A DNA stretch of 64,000 nt, taken from contig OZ210885.1 in NCBI GenBank assembly GCA_964658305.1, positions 1,116,001 to 1,180,000 of the forward strand. The letters are read 5' to 3'. Positions 25,030-38,394 of this stretch are shown here, in pieces. Position numbers and translations under genes: made by a program. A model generated the notes under the pieces. That model had not been told where the DNA came from, did no database searches, and was given only the letters and a program-made list of their open reading frames with translations. This stretch comes from Leptogorgia sarmentosa (taxonomy: Eukaryota). The number at the start of each line of letters is the position of its first letter. Positions within the stretch are counted from its first letter, which is position 1.

Positions 25030-25133
25030 AACAATTATACCATGAGCTCGAGTCGTATATGAGCTGATAGCCGACGAGGCGCAGCCGAGTTGGCTATCAG
25101 CCATATACGACGAGAGCGAATGGTATAATTGTT
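25030..25133. repeat. Imperfect palindromic hairpin element
   Basis: aacaattatacca..gtcgtatatg..ctgatagcc..gaggcgcagccgag..ggctatcag.catatacgac..tggtataattgtt. Confidence 0.8.
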
Positions 25134-25520
25134 TTATTATATAGACAAAAGGCGAACATTATATTAAACGATATTAAAATCATTCATTTGAGGGAAACGC
25201 TCAGCCATTTTCAGCCATTTTGTTTTAAGCTTACTTGAGTGAGATAATTAATTCGTCCTACTCACTATATATGAAGTAATAGCTAGTGAGTAGCTCAGCC
25301 AATCAGATTACAGAATATCTCATATATAGTGCTTGTCTATATAATAAATATATATATTATATAAGTATAATATATATATCAAAAACGATGTGGTCGTTTG
25401 AGCACTGTGGTCCCATGACTCTCTGCGCGTGTGTGGATGCGTTGATGTCTCGGTGTGCATGTACCACATGCGTCTTTGCTGAACACATTTTGATCTTCGC
25501 ATGCTTAATCTTTTCCATAT

Positions 25521-26435
25521 AAAAAATTATAGATTTTTTTATATTTGTAATTTTAGTAATTCGTTTGGCAGCTGCTGTAGCCGCAGCGACTTGAAGCTTA
25601 AAACAAACCATGCTATCCTTTTATCGTAATACAATCAGACTAGCGCTGAAAAGTGAATTTTCTTTCATATTCATCATTAAAGCAAGTCCCTTGTCGAAAG
25701 ATGGCCACATTTATAGCAGAATATATATACAAACACAGACATGTTTGTATGCACAAACTTTATTATTTACCATGCACTAGCAAACTTAGTTGCGATATCC
25801 TTTCTACCGTTTAGCGCTGAAAAGCGAATTTTCTTTCATTTTTATCATTAAAACAAGACCTTTGTTGGCAGATTCATGGCCATATTTATAGCAGAATATA
25901 TACAAACACAGAAACACACACAAACTTTATTTGTTCACGCTAGCCTTAACAAACAGATTTTCACATGAAACCAGGGACGTAGGAACGTTTTCAAAATTGG
26001 CGGGAGAGGGGGGGAGGAGGGGGCGCACCTCACGAGGCGCCAAAGCTAGAAAATTTTGGCGCGTCAGAGTCAAAAAGAGTCCAAACTGGACCTTTTTAGT
26101 TGGCTTCTTCGGGTATACAAATAAAAGATTGTTGGCTAAGGTGCGGCTTTAATAGTTTTTTTTGAAATCCAGGATTTTTTTCTCGGGGTGGGTGGGGGGG
26201 GGGGAGGTCCGCGTACCCTCCTGGTTCCTACGTCCCTGCTTGAAACGTGGCTTATAATACACAGAATATTGAACACGAAACTACACGTATTTTTTTGAGG
26301 AAGATTCAACAAATTCATCGTTTCACAACTGTTTGTAATATTTCAGTGTTTGAGGGAGTTCTCCTGAATGATTGTTTCAGTGCTTTATTTCACGGTGCTC
26401 GTGAATGATTGTTTCTCTTTTCGACATGCATAGGA
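25521..26435. repeat. Dispersed duplicate of ~45951-46551, the 3' flank of the GPCR gene
   Basis: Alignable from aaaaattatagattttt through ccagggacgtaggaacgttttc to gacatgcatagga; this copy has an internal tandem duplication. Confidence 0.85.
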
Positions 26436-26467
26436 TGTTTTAAGAGTTAACCCTTTGAAACACACTG

Positions 26468-28952
26468 CGTAATACTAACTTCATAACACGGAACTAATAT
26501 AAAGTTATCTCTGACGAAGGAATTTGGTTCTAAACGTTGATCCGGTTTGTATCGCTTAGGTATAGTGTGTTGAACATTTCCTGGTTTTTGATGTCGTTAA
26601 GAAACAAGCTGCAAGATTTTTATTTATAAAGAATCAGTTTGCTTTGTAAATCAAACGCCTCCAATGCAAATTTACTTGATTATATTCTGCAAAACTTTAC
26701 GGCTATCCCATTGCATGCTGTGCAATAGATTCATGAGCGACAATATCTGAATGTAAATGTAGGCTACAAGTAGACGAATACGGAAGGAATAGTCAAATAT
26801 TAGTGAAATTATTGCCATAAATAAACAAAGTTGTCAAGATCGAGGCTATATATTGATACGGACAACTCATAGCTTTAAGCCAGGTACACACGTTCATATG
26901 AATTTCTTAATAATGGTCATTTAAACTTTAGTTAATTCTAATAACGAAAGCCAGAGGGATAAATTCTAAGAAATATTCTGAAGACAGCGAATTGACCGCT
27001 TTATCTACTTACATTGTCTTATCAGCAAGACTGGACATGAATGACATTTAACACAGAGAGTTTAAGAAACATCAATGTTCAGTCATCTTATGTTAATATT
27101 TCAATAAGTGTGATTTAAATTGTCCAATGGTATTTATTATCATCCGTTCCACTGTTGTGTGGTGGGAGACTACTGAACACTCAGGGTGTCTACTCTTAGT
27201 GACATGATTACTTGATTTAAAAGCGATGTTTTGATCGTTTCTCAGCATTCTCAACAATGTTCAAACTCTTATTGAAGAGCTCATTCAGCGATGACGAAAT
27301 ACAGGGTGCACAGCGTGAGTAGCCTAGCTGGAATTTTATCTGGAGCCAACGATGGCTTTGTTTACATCGAACGGGAAAATGTTTTTAGGTTAAATGAATA
27401 GAAGATCATTCACCAGTTTTGCGATGTCAATAAAAGTGACATTTTGTATCACGTCCTATACAGGTTTTTGTAGTATACACCTTTTTGGAAAACATGCGTA
27501 AAAGGCAATAGATTGCTTGAAGAGTCACAAATGTTCCAAAACATCCGCAACCTGATGACTTTAACTATAAACTTAAAACTGTATCGATCTATACACAAAA
27601 CAGGCAAATCACAACATCGAATCAAAGAACTGTGTTAGCTAGTACGAATTAATGTTATATTCTTTTGTGTCGTCGAAAACATTGTCGGTACAAAAACATG
27701 TCGAGAGTTGCCTCCAAATTTGTAGTCCTCGACAAAATCACAATTGGCTGAGAGTGAGGTTTTTTAAATGTTTATATTTCGAACAACAAAATTAATATAG
27801 CTACTAAAATTATAAATTGATTCTCACTACGTATTATGTTCCCAACGGATAGCGCACGGGCTGTAGAATCTCTTATCTCACGGTTCGTTGCCACACTCTC
27901 TCACTCTAACTGTCACTCTGTCATGCAATAATTATCTAAAAATGTTTATTATCTTATCTGTCAGTTCCCGACAAAACATTGCCGTACGTGTTTTATATCA
28001 AGGAAGTTGCTAAAGAGAAAGCTTACCTTTCTTCCTTTACAACACCACTACATTGGTAGACAATTAACTTCAGGATAATCAGTGTTCAATTGATTGAAAA
28101 CCTTTGTCAGTTTATGTAAGATTCAAGTTTTTGACATTTGACAATGGCAGCTTCGAGTGAACATCTAATACGAAATAACTTCTAGCTTCAACTGTGAAAT
28201 GAAAAGTATTTTGCATTTCAAATTAGAAAACTCGACACAAAAACATGCGTGGGATTGAAAAACGAAAACAAACCAAAACATGTATAGTATCCATAATTAA
28301 AAAGTTATAGTCAAATTGTAAGTCATAATCCTGGCCAAAAATATCGACGACACTTTGCTTCGAAACAAAATAAAGAACTCTCCCGTTTACCGCCGCTGAT
28401 TAATGTTGAATGCATGGCATGTTAAACACATTTAATTATCACAGGCTCAACTTTGTTTTGGCGACCACAGGGGTCACGTATAGTCGGAAACTTCAAGAGG
28501 CCAAATTGATAATGCTTTTTACCAGGAATTGCTTGGCCTTACCAGGAATGGTTTTTACCAGGAATGGTTTTTACCAGGAAGTGTCACCCTTTATCGTTAC
28601 CCACGCTGAAGAGATTGTACCAAAATTGTTCACACAGTCATTTGAACGTTAAATTGTCATTTCAATACAAATCAATACACGTCACAAAAAATTATACCAA
28701 CATTCTACATATTATCCAGCCTAGTACAATTGAAGCCATGAGTATATCTAACTTAATGATTATAATTATCGTCGACGTTTCTCATCATAATTGTGAAAGG
28801 AGTAGCTACTAAAATGGCAACAACAAACCAAGAGGCGGAAACACACGTTAATTTCTATTCAAATTTGCATATTTTCACAAAAAAATCATGCTCTTTCTAG
28901 CTACATTTTGGCTATAAATGTTAGATCGCTTTTGCAAGTATATAATTGCATT
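26468..28952. repeat. Second segmental duplication, copy b
   Basis: Paralog of 21192-24800. Confidence 0.9.
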
Positions 28953-29569
28953 AGCTAATTCTAAAAGTTTTTGAAATCAATTAAGAAGCTATTCCACATT
29001 TGTTTTTAGGTGATATAATCATTAAAATGATAACGATCCTATGATTTTATCACTGGCCTCTTTGTTTCTTTGCCGCCATTTTAAATAAGGAATTGCCGTT
29101 GTATAACTAAGTATATTTATCTACATTGGAGAGGAATTTTGGAGCCTGAAATTTTCGCAAACTGAACGAACTAAGGTTAGAGTAATTCTAACTGCCTTCA
29201 AAGATTGAAAACGCCGTTTTGAATGTCTCTTCTTTCTTCCATCACGTAGTTTCAAAGTATATTTCACTTTCTAGTCCATTCAAGAGTATGTAGAATTAAT
29301 AATCCTTCGCAAGCTATTTATGGTGTCTGCCAGAAGTTCAACCATCTTGTCGAATGACATGAATACCATTATACCCGTACGTGTGGGCGATTGTAGCCGG
29401 TTTTTCGCTATTCTCAGAACGATAACGGAGCAATGAACAGCAGGGCTGGTAAGCCAATAATTTGTGAAAGTATTTCAATATATTCAGGCTTATGTATAAA
29501 AGCAAGGAAAAAGAAGGCAATTTTGTTATCTATGATCCAGAAGTGCAAGAATAGCGATTTGTACAGTGG

Positions 29570-29705
29570 ATATTTGGTAACTCAAGGATCTATTCTTGGG
29601 CCAGTATTAATTTAACGTATACATCAACGACTTGCCCAATGTTCCAAGAGTCCTCTTTGGAATCTTATGTGCATGATTGGAAAATCTATCTGGCATTTTC
29701 AATTC
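29570..29705 (+). pseudogene. Non-LTR retrotransposon (L2/CR1-type) reverse transcriptase fragment, frameshifted
   Basis: Reads VTQGSILGPVL/FNVYINDLPNVPRV/SLESYVHDWKIYLAF across two frameshifts (QGSxLGP and degenerate YxDD). Confidence 0.8.
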
Positions 29706-30014
29706 GGTTAATTCAACCAAGAGCTCTCGTTTGTACTTTGAGCACACTCCATTTGGCAATACAGTAACCTCATTCGCATCGGACGGGACATTTTTTATCT
29801 TTCACCCACAATAAAAAGCTGCAGTGCCACTAAATTGTCCGAGGACTGGGAACTTATAATCCCGGTATAGTCACAATCCTAGTAGTTAAAACATCGAGGA
29901 CATGACAAATGAGCTTCGGACCAAAATTAAGACCACACTCCTCTTCTCCCCGCCGATCAATGTTGAAGGCCTAGGGTTTTCCCATAACATGCTAAACACA
30001 TTTTGGCACTGGTC

Positions 30015-33000
30015 AATTATCACTCTTTGTTTTTGGCCCACAGTTGTCACTCGATATGAAAATTTTACCTTTTATAGTCGAGAACTTCCAAGGGCCAAAT
30101 TGATTCAGTGTATTGCAGGTCTAAAACTGCCCAGGCATCGCCCTTTTTAATGGTGACACACACAGAAGACATAAAAGATTGTTCTCACAGTCATATGAAG
30201 ATTAGATTTTTATTTTAACACAATTTAATACACATCATGAAAAATTATACCAACATTCTACATATTATCGAGCCTAGTTTCAGTATATCTGGCTTTAAAA
30301 TATTATATAGTTCAATGAAAATATCTAAGCTAATGATTACATCATCAACGTTTCTCATAATGGAGATTGGACTGGAGTACTAAAATGGCGACAGCAAACC
30401 AAGAAGTAGAAACACATGCACGCTAATTTCTCATTTTTAGAACTGAAAACATAATGCTCTTTCCAAGTCGTTACGTTTTGGCTATTAATATATTTTCGCA
30501 AGTATATAACATTAATTCTGAAAGTTTATGAAATCAATCAAGAAGCAATTCATTTTGTTTTTCGCTAATAAAACGATAAAAAACATCTATTATGATTTTA
30601 TCATGGCCTCTTTGCCGCCATTTTAGATAAAGAATTGCTATTGTATAACTAAGTAGCTATATTTACCTAAATTGGAGAGAAATATTGGAGAGAAATTTTG
30701 GAAAAAAGACACTTCGAGTTTCCTATTGCATGAAAATTCACACAATCTGAAAGAATCAAGATAAGAGCGATACCATCTGCTTCAACTGCGTCAACACGCC
30801 GTGTTGAATGTCTCTTCTTTCTTCCATCACGTAGTTTCAAAGTTTATTTCACTTTCCAGTTCATTCAAGAGTAGTGGAATTAATAATCCTCGCAAACTAT
30901 ATGTGGTGTCTGACAGAAGTTCGACCATCTCATCGAATGACATGAATACCATTATGGGTATAATGGAACGAATTCGAAGTGACTGCATGGAAATGTTCCA
31001 TGTTTACATCGAGATTAAACTTTGTACCATGGAAGTAGATATGGTTCTCGCACAGATATCTAGAGCGTGAGTTTGAGTCGATCAGTTTCAGTTTCAATTT
31101 TCTGTAATTATGCACATATTACAATGCTTCCGTTGGTAGAAGGGTGATATTATATATCCCATTTCTGTTGTCCGCTGACACAATCAGATGTACACATGGA
31201 GCAGCTGTCATAACGGTTATCGAATGGAATCGATCATTGATTGCAGACATATAGGTATATATGTAGACATATAGATATATAGGATGATATAATATTGTTT
31301 TTCAATCACTGGTAAAATATCCACAGAGAATGTTTCCAATACAAAGTAAGGAATGGTCACTTCTTCAACTTTCTTCTGTTTCGACAAAAAATTGCTCCAA
31401 TCTCGCACTTTTTCTTGTATATTATGTACAATCAACCCAGCCATTATCCTTTTGATGCCATAGTTATCATGTAACGATATCAAATGTTCGTTAGAATGGA
31501 TATTAATCCATCAGGTATTTTAGTCTTATCTGGAAGGTGACTCTTTCATTTGTACAAGATGTCCTCTTTATTTCAAACGCGCTTTTCCGCTCTTTCTACA
31601 GTTAGAAACGTTGTACAGTTTTTGCACAGATCAGTGTCTGCACTGATTTTAGCAGTTGATCCTGGATGTTCATGTTTTGATACAGTATTATATGATTTAA
31701 GATACGCGACAACATCTCGTAACGTTAACGTTGTTTTCTAGTTCATGTTCAATGCATATTCGTACGGAAGTTCTTGCATAATGATAGTTCTGAAATTGAT
31801 TCGACGACACAGAATAGTTCACAATTTGACCAATTTGAAGCCGTTTTGCTCTTATTTGATTCAGTCAGATGTTTTGCAAAGTTTCGTTTTCGTTCTTACG
31901 TTCTTCGTGCACAAATATATGTAAATATGTTCCGAATATACATTTCAGAAGTTGTAAACTAGGCATGCAATCTATACATTATGTAACTAGTAATTTACAA
32001 ATTATTAGTATCGTTTGTTTCACAATTATTTTTTCTTCCGTTTTAATACTCCTTTTAGATAATTACGTCATTTGGCTTGGGAACCTCAACCTGTGTTATT
32101 TACTAAGCGAGGTTATCCCGTACTTGTGACGTAATTATTGAAAAGGTGTATTTCATTATTATAGACAGTTTTTGTTTTTGTTCTCAAATATTTTGCAATC
32201 AACACGTACAACAGGGCAAAAGTTATTAATTCAAACTTTCTGATATTATATAAACCGTCAGGTTTATAGCATTCAATATATTATATAGTTCTCATATCAG
32301 AGACCGGTTGTATAAAAACGCACTTGAGCTTGGCTATCGTTATTGTGAAAAAGTTTGACCAATCAGAAACACGTATTTTGGAGTTAACTACGTTTTAACT
32401 AGGAAACGGGTAATTAAAACGTAGTTAAGAGTTTTATACAACTGGTGCCATGCACAGTTCGTCAATCCGTTTTTAGCGTGTATCTCAGTCATTGGAGTTG
32501 AATTTAGTTCTGTAATTAGCTCGAAAGTTCCTTCCGAGTTTCATTAAAGATGATAAAAGATTTCTTTTGTATCGAGAAGAACTTCAAATAAAGAATTAAA
32601 TTGCAGCCTTCCTCGCTGATACTTTATTAATTTTTGTGTGATAATTTCTCGTTGAAAATCATGTTTAAAAATTCATCTAGCTGGTTCTCGTCAAGATCAA
32701 AATGTTTTTTGTTGTTGTTTCAATGCTACGAATAAACGAAACTCACTTCAAATATTTTTTTTTGCAATTTGAGCTATTTTCGAGAATTAACCGTGGCCAC
32801 GTGTCAGTTTGGTAAACTGCTTAACTAACAAAACTTATTTCAGTAGGAAAATTATAAAACTTGTCTAAACATTTTTGTGGAGCAACGCTTCTGACGTGCA
32901 CTTCGGAGTTCGGAACAGCAAAATATTTTCTTTAACCAGTTACCTGACAATTAGATCACGTCCCACTTCTACAAGTACATGTCATACCTGAAACTAAAAA

Positions 33001-36000
33001 AAACTGTCCAACATAATAAAGAATGAATGCAAAAGGAGCAAAAGCGATGCTGATTAAGTCGTGACCTGGATTGCAGCAGGAGGGAAAATTTTTTCAAAAT
33101 TGTGACCGCTCCCCTGCATGTTCAAACTCTTTTTGCTTACTTTTTTGTAGGATACATTTCCTTGGGAAATTTTTCAGAAATTCTTTGGGGTGTAATTGTA
33201 ACACGCATCTTGAATCATAATTTGACGATCATCGATCATCATAACAACACATAACAAACACAAAGATAAGATGACAAGACATGAGAACTATAAGTACAAC
33301 ACTCGTGCTGTAGTCATGATTTTCATGGGTCCCCCCTCTGCCAACATTAGCTACTAGATGTAATATATATCCCGTACCACATCCCTAATGTGACGATCGT
33401 TTTTGTTGAAAGAACAATACCTATTCTAGATTTCTACTAATTTTTTTAACTTCAATTGTTCTGGCATATTTATTTATTGAAATACATCAGGAAAGTGAAG
33501 CCATATTTTAACGTAATAACTATACTATTACGAATATACCCTATATTTACGATAGGTCGGTAGATAATAACTGTAAACCTGTAAAACGGGTCAATAATAC
33601 TGCTCCCATTACGACAGTAGTTCCTGAATGTTACATGCGAGGCAGGATAACTTTAACCATCTCAAAATTTTCTGAAAGGTTAAGCCCAACACAGATAATG
33701 TTTTGTTTCTGGCACACGGAAATTGGGTTTGGTAGATCACCAACATCTAAACATGTTAAAATTTCGCCACGTCTCGCGTTAACAAAATATATCATCTGAT
33801 TCCTTGAGCCACAAATCAAGTTCGCCTCATCAAAATATTTCAACTCAGTACAGTCCCCATAAACAGAGACCCGAGCCAACATACTTGTCGACACAACGTC
33901 AAAGATAAAGATTTCGTCAAATTCAGTGCTGGATATTGCTAATGTATTTCCTTCGGGAGAAAACTCTACACTGTCTATTGGAGATGCGGTTCTTAATGCT
34001 ATAGCTTGGGAAAACAAATTCGTCCAGGCATCTATCGTGTTTCCATCCTTCCACAGACAAATCTCACGATTCCCGTACGTTAGTACATGGTAATTGATGC
34101 TGCATGCGTACACAAAGAACTTACGGTACGCGTGTTCGTCAAAAGACATTTCTTGTAGTATTTGTTTGGTCAAAACATTAAAAAAGACAACACGTTCTTC
34201 GTTAAATACACACGCAATAACTTCATCCGACACTGAGAAGCATTTGGTCGTGCCAACCAATTCGTCAAAACATGAAAGCCGTTGGGTAATACCACTGTCC
34301 CAAAACTCTGGAGTAGATGACTGATGCGATCGATACAAAATTACAACACCACCTTTAACAACTACGAGTTCATGTATGTTTCTTTGTTGTAAAGAGTTTG
34401 AACATTTTCCCTGAAGTGTGAAAACAGTTAACATGTTGGTTGTTGTGTTGTTTACATAAACAAAATCGCCATCCGTAGATATTCCCAAAGATGTGAAATA
34501 ACAGTCATTACATGCCAGTTCCTTTGCGTTCGCATGCATCAAGCCAGGCACACTAAAAACGCGCAAGACATTTGTTGCACATGAGAAGACCAAGATAGAT
34601 TTATTGCCGAGTAAGATGTACCTGGTTGTTGATTCGTGGTAAGACAACCCTGAATGTTGAAACGATTCTTTTCTTATTTTAGACAACAAAGACTGTCCTG
34701 GATTTTGCAAGAAACGTTGAAATTCAGCAGAAGAGTCCAAATTACCTGGCAGAGCTTTACTATACAGAGAACCCAAATCATCTGACAAAATGAGATCATG
34801 ACTTATACGGCACAAGGAGTTGTCAATACGACAAAGCCAAGAATTTGTTTCAAAAGTGCACACTATTTCAACCCGAGACTGGCAACTAACTTGCTTCCAA
34901 TGAAGTTCGTAATTATTCGATACATCGTAAACACTCACTAAGTTTTCACTATCTGTAGTGCCCAAAAAATTACCGCTAGCTGTAAAAGACAAAGAGGATA
35001 GCGTGTTGCAGGAGAGGTATCTTTGCTTAATGCCGCTAGAAATGTCCCAAACGATTAAATGACCCTCGTAATATGTAGCCATTTTGCTACCATCCGGAGA
35101 AAAACAAGAATCGGTGAACGCAGAACTGCCCTGATCACACTGAAATGGCCCTTTTGTGAAAGTTCCAGCCAAAATTAGCACTTCGTCAAGTCTGCCGGGC
35201 AATATCAAGTGTCCACGAGGGTGGAAAACAATGCAGTGTGGTAACGTACAATAATTACCTTTCTCAACAGGAAAAGGAAAGGTAACTTCCACTGTGTAAT
35301 CTTGAATTTTCCACTCAGACATACCTGTTTCTAGCGAAAAGAGCTCAATACCTCCCTCTGAGTAACAACAGACAACGAACTCGTGCTTAGGAGAAACATC
35401 AATACCTCTTATTAAGCCAGAAAGATTACAGCTTAATTCAAGAGCATTATTTGGTTCATCTTCCTTATTTAACCGGAAATAAATAAGATCCTTGTAACGT
35501 GTTTCAAGCAACTGTGTTGCTTTCGAAGAAAGTGGTTCTCCCCCCTCGTTAACGACATTTTGCAAAAAGGTTTGGGGATACTGTTTCAAAAAGAATACAT
35601 ACTTTTTGATCAGAAAACATAATTTCCCCACTATAGATTTCGTATTGTCAGAGAAATATTTGGAAATCTCAGGACTCATGAGACATTTAAGATTATCCAC
35701 GGTAAGATTCACATCGACATAAACACTTGCAAACACAACTTCCAAATTCGTAAAATAATCACATACAAAACTTTCAAATTCCCCTTTATCTTTCAATCCT
35801 TTCAGCATATGTGGTATGCAGTATTTTATTGCATACTTGACGCCAGAAACAGCGAGACTTTCTTTACTAACACCGTTTTCCTTCACGTCATTCAACTTTT
35901 CTACACATAGATCAAAAAGATTCCGATGACCATTTTGCACATCTACAGCGAAATTGTGCTCAGCGTTGTCGACAAGCCAATCTCTTACCGATTTATGAAA

Positions 36001-37770
36001 GAACGAAAGAGATTTGTCTTCATGAATCACAAGAAGTGATGAAAGAATATTAATGGCTTGTGTTGTCTTTCGTTTGGAGTCTGCAGGATTCTCAAAACGG
36101 AAAACAGTTGTAGCAAACACCTCTGGTAGTGATTCTTTAGCAACTGCAAGAGCGCTTAAGAAGAACAAAAACTTTTCCTCCGAAATTTCCAAGACTTTTA
36201 ATTCGCGTTCCAATCTTTGAAAATAAATGTGGTAATGCTTCTCGATGCCTTTTGGAAAACGGTCAAATCTTTCCATCGAATACTCGCACTGATAAATCTC
36301 AGTTAGGAAAAATGCGTAAAGCATCAGACCGTCGGAAATTTCGGCCAAGCTATCCAAAAGATCCTGCGAGATTTCTGGATTTTTTTCCCGTAGCACGAGT
36401 TTCAGATCATGCATATTTCGCTGGTCGTCACGTTCAATATACAAAGGGTTTAGTTCAACAAACTTATCTAGAAGATTTTTGACTGGCCTTGTCGTTATTA
36501 CAAAACGAATATAAGAAGGAAGTTTGTGCAAGTGAATTGAGATCAAATTGGCAAAGTCTTGCCTTCCTTGATACTCGCTTTCATCAACAGCGTCCAGCAC
36601 AATCATAATATGCTTTCCAGGATTCTCAACGCGGGAAAGTGGTTCCTTTAGAAGAAGTGAAAATAGCCCTTCAATATTCTGCTCATTTAAAGATTTTCCT
36701 ACATTCCCGGAAAGCTTCTCGACCAGAGCTTCTTTGTACGCTGGCAATACTTTACAGAGATGCCAAGCCAAAGACTGCAGGAAAATTTTTGGATCGTTGT
36801 AGTGAGTGTTATTCCACTGAAAGAAATGGGATGCACCAACGTGCTCGGCAAAGCGTTTACAAATAACAGCCGCAATTATAGATTTACCCATACCAGCATT
36901 ACCGGTAATGACAAATACACGATTTTGTGAAGTTTCATCATTAAACCAGTTCGAAACCTGTTCAAATACCCATTCTCGAGTACCCTGAGTGAATTTGGCG
37001 TTATATAAATCGATCTCTCTCTGAAAATCACAGCAGTTAAGGATTTTTTTTAGGATATCACATCGAGATTCCGTGTGATTCCTAACCAAGACATTCACGC
37101 CATCTTTGACCTCATCCAAAACCGTCATTATTTTGTCATCACTTTCAGTCCACTCTTTCAAAATTCGACTCACTTCCTCTTCCCCACATTCTTCATTTTC
37201 TAGTCTATCTATTTCCTTCTGATCTATTCCCAACCGAACTAATGGTGGACTTATTTCTGCCCAGAACTTCTTAAAATCTGCCTCACTTACAGCTGTCTTA
37301 GGAATGTGACCAAAACGTTCATTACGAAAGAGCTTAATGCGAACAATGTCAGCTTCATTACTATGATCCGATACATTTGGCGTTTTGTCCCATCCCGTAG
37401 TAAGTGGTGGGGACAACCCACAAATGTTTCGTAAAAGAACACAAAGTAAAGTTATGTCGAACTTATTAATGTCTGGTTTCTCAGGTGGGGTGGGGTATAA
37501 CGTATCCCACTGTTTTTGATTGATTATTTTGCGCCGGTTTAGGTTTAAAAGCATATAGCGATGACTGTGTAATACAACCTGTAAATCTCCTGGGAGAATT
37601 TTTCGATGAATGGCGTTCCTCAATGCCTCTGTTCCCCCATCCAAGATCAGCCTCATCAACTTCGTGCCATTGGTTGTCTCAGTTGAGCTGTCCAGCGTCG
37701 CCATGATCTCCTGCAAGATTTTTTTGTAAAGAATTGGTGAGCTTGGTAAATAATGCATGTGCGTAGCTTG
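30015..37770. repeat. Segmental duplication copy B (paralog of 12914-20650)
   Basis: See copy A. Confidence 0.95.
33631..37710 (-). CDS. HEPN (DZIP3-like)-NACHT-WD40-like protein, paralog B, large terminal exon (internal ATG at 37704)
   Basis: Intact ORF with the same RNERFGH (37306-37326), GNAGMGKS and LDAVDE motifs as paralog A; acceptor tcttgcag|GAG ATC ATG. Confidence 0.9.
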   Translation of the reverse strand, partial: EIMATLDSSTETTNGTKLMRLILDGGTEALRNAIHRKILPGDLQVVLHSHRYMLLNLNRRKIINQKQWDTLYPTPPEKPDINKFDITLLCVLLRNICGLSPPLTTGWDKTPNVSDHSNEADIVRIKLFRNERFGHIPKTAVSEADFKKFWAEISPPLVRLGIDQKEIDRLENEECGEEEVSRILKEWTESDDKIMTVLDEVKDGVNVLVRNHTESRCDILKKILNCCDFQREIDLYNAKFTQGTREWVFEQVSNWFNDETSQNRVFVITGNAGMGKSIIAAVICKRFAEHVGASHFFQWNNTHYNDPKIFLQSLAWHLCKVLPAYKEALVEKLSGNVGKSLNEQNIEGLFSLLLKEPLSRVENPGKHIMIVLDAVDESEYQGRQDFANLISIHLHKLPSYIRFVITTRPVKNLLDKFVELNPLYIERDDQRNMHDLKLVLREKNPEISQDLLDSLAEISDGLMLYAFFLTEIYQCEYSMERFDRFPKGIEKHYHIYFQRLERELKVLEISEEKFLFFLSALAVAKESLPEVFATTVFRFENPADSKRKTTQAINILSSLLVIHEDKSLSFFHKSVRDWLVDNAEHNFAVDVQNGHRNLFDLCVEKLNDVKENGVSKESLAVSGVKYAIKYCIPHMLKGLKDKGEFESFVCDYFTNLEVVFASVYVDVNLTVDNLKCLMSPEISKYFSDNTKSIVGKLCFLIKKYVFFLKQYPQTFLQNVVNEGGEPLSSKATQLLETRYKDLIYFRLNKEDEPNNALELSCNLSGLIRGIDVSPKHEFVVCCYSEGGIELFSLETGMSEWKIQDYTVEVTFPFPVEKGNYCTLPHCIVFHPRGHLILPGRLDEVLILAGTFTKGPFQCDQGSSAFTDSCFSPDGSKMATYYEGHLIVWDISSGIKQRYLSCNTLSSLSFTASGNFLGTTDSENLVSVYDVSNNYELHWKQVSCQSRVEIVCTFETNSWLCRIDNSLCRISHDLILSDDLGSLYSKALPGNLDSSAEFQRFLQNPGQSLLSKIRKESFQHSGLSYHESTTRYILLGNKSILVFSCATNVLRVFSVPGLMHANAKELACNDCYFTSLGISTDGDFVYVNNTTTNMLTVFTLQGKCSNSLQQRNIHELVVVKGGVVILYRSHQSSTPEFWDSGITQRLSCFDELVGTTKCFSVSDEVIACVFNEERVVFFNVLTKQILQEMSFDEHAYRKFFVYACSINYHVLTYGNREICLWKDGNTIDAWTNLFSQAIALRTASPIDSVEFSPEGNTLAISSTEFDEIFIFDVVSTSMLARVSVYGDCTELKYFDEANLICGSRNQMIYFVNARRGEILTCLDVGDLPNPISVCQKQNIICVGLNLSENFEMVKVILPRM

Positions 37771-37899
37771 ACAGCTATTTCATGTTAGTCTGATCAGATT
37801 GATCTAATGTTCAAGGGAAAAAAAGAAAAACTTTTTCGCATTAAGTAAATACTTACGAAACTCGTAAAATACCAATTATTATGACAATTATATATGTGA

Positions 37900-38042
37900 C
37901 AATTTCTATATGCCCATGCAGACGAGCAAATTAAATTGGGCAATTTTTGTGTGGCAAATACATTTGTTGAAAAGCTGGCGTATTAGCTTTTATGTGACAA
38001 ATAAAAATTGCCACATAAAATATGCTCCTGTAAACGGGGTTT
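37900..38042. mobile_element. MITE-like repeat; inverted relative at ~44718-44900
   Basis: Shared strings tgtggcaaatacattt, tatgtgacaaat and aattgccacataaaa, and their reverse complements. Confidence 0.65.
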
Positions 38043-38315
38043 AACGATCTTTGGTTTACACCGTAAATTTCGTACGGATATTATTATTTATCGTTGAAAC
38101 GTTTTTTCTTTTCGATGAAACGTTCTTGACAAATTGTCCAAGTGAAATTTAAAGCGCAGAAACGTTCGGAGATAATCGTTAGAAGTTTGCAGCTAAAACG
38201 TTCGAGCAATTCGGCCGAGAAGACGTTCGGATTTGTTCTAATGCATTCATGCCTTCATTAATCAATGTCATTGTAAACATATTCACAATAGCCTCAATAA
38301 CTATCGAAAGCTTAC

Positions 38316-38394
38316 CTGTCGAAAGCTTGCCTGTCGTCGAAAGGGTGCCTGATTTTCCTTCACGTCGCTTTTCCAATCATCATTTTTCACTTTC
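38316..38394 (-). CDS. 79-nt linker exon (phase 2 to 0) joining the TRADD-N-like exon to the paralog B HEPN-NACHT-WD40 exon
   Basis: ttttag|G AAA GTG...TTT CGA CAG|gtaagc encodes (R)KVKNDDWKSDVKENQAPFRRQASFRQ; phases match on both sides. Confidence 0.7.

Noticed and set aside
16520..37758. Bacterial contamination or recent horizontal transfer of the intronless STAND ORFs
   Set aside because: They are contiguous with intron-rich animal genes, have splice acceptors and carry an animal-type DZIP3-like HEPN domain. No operon structure is seen.
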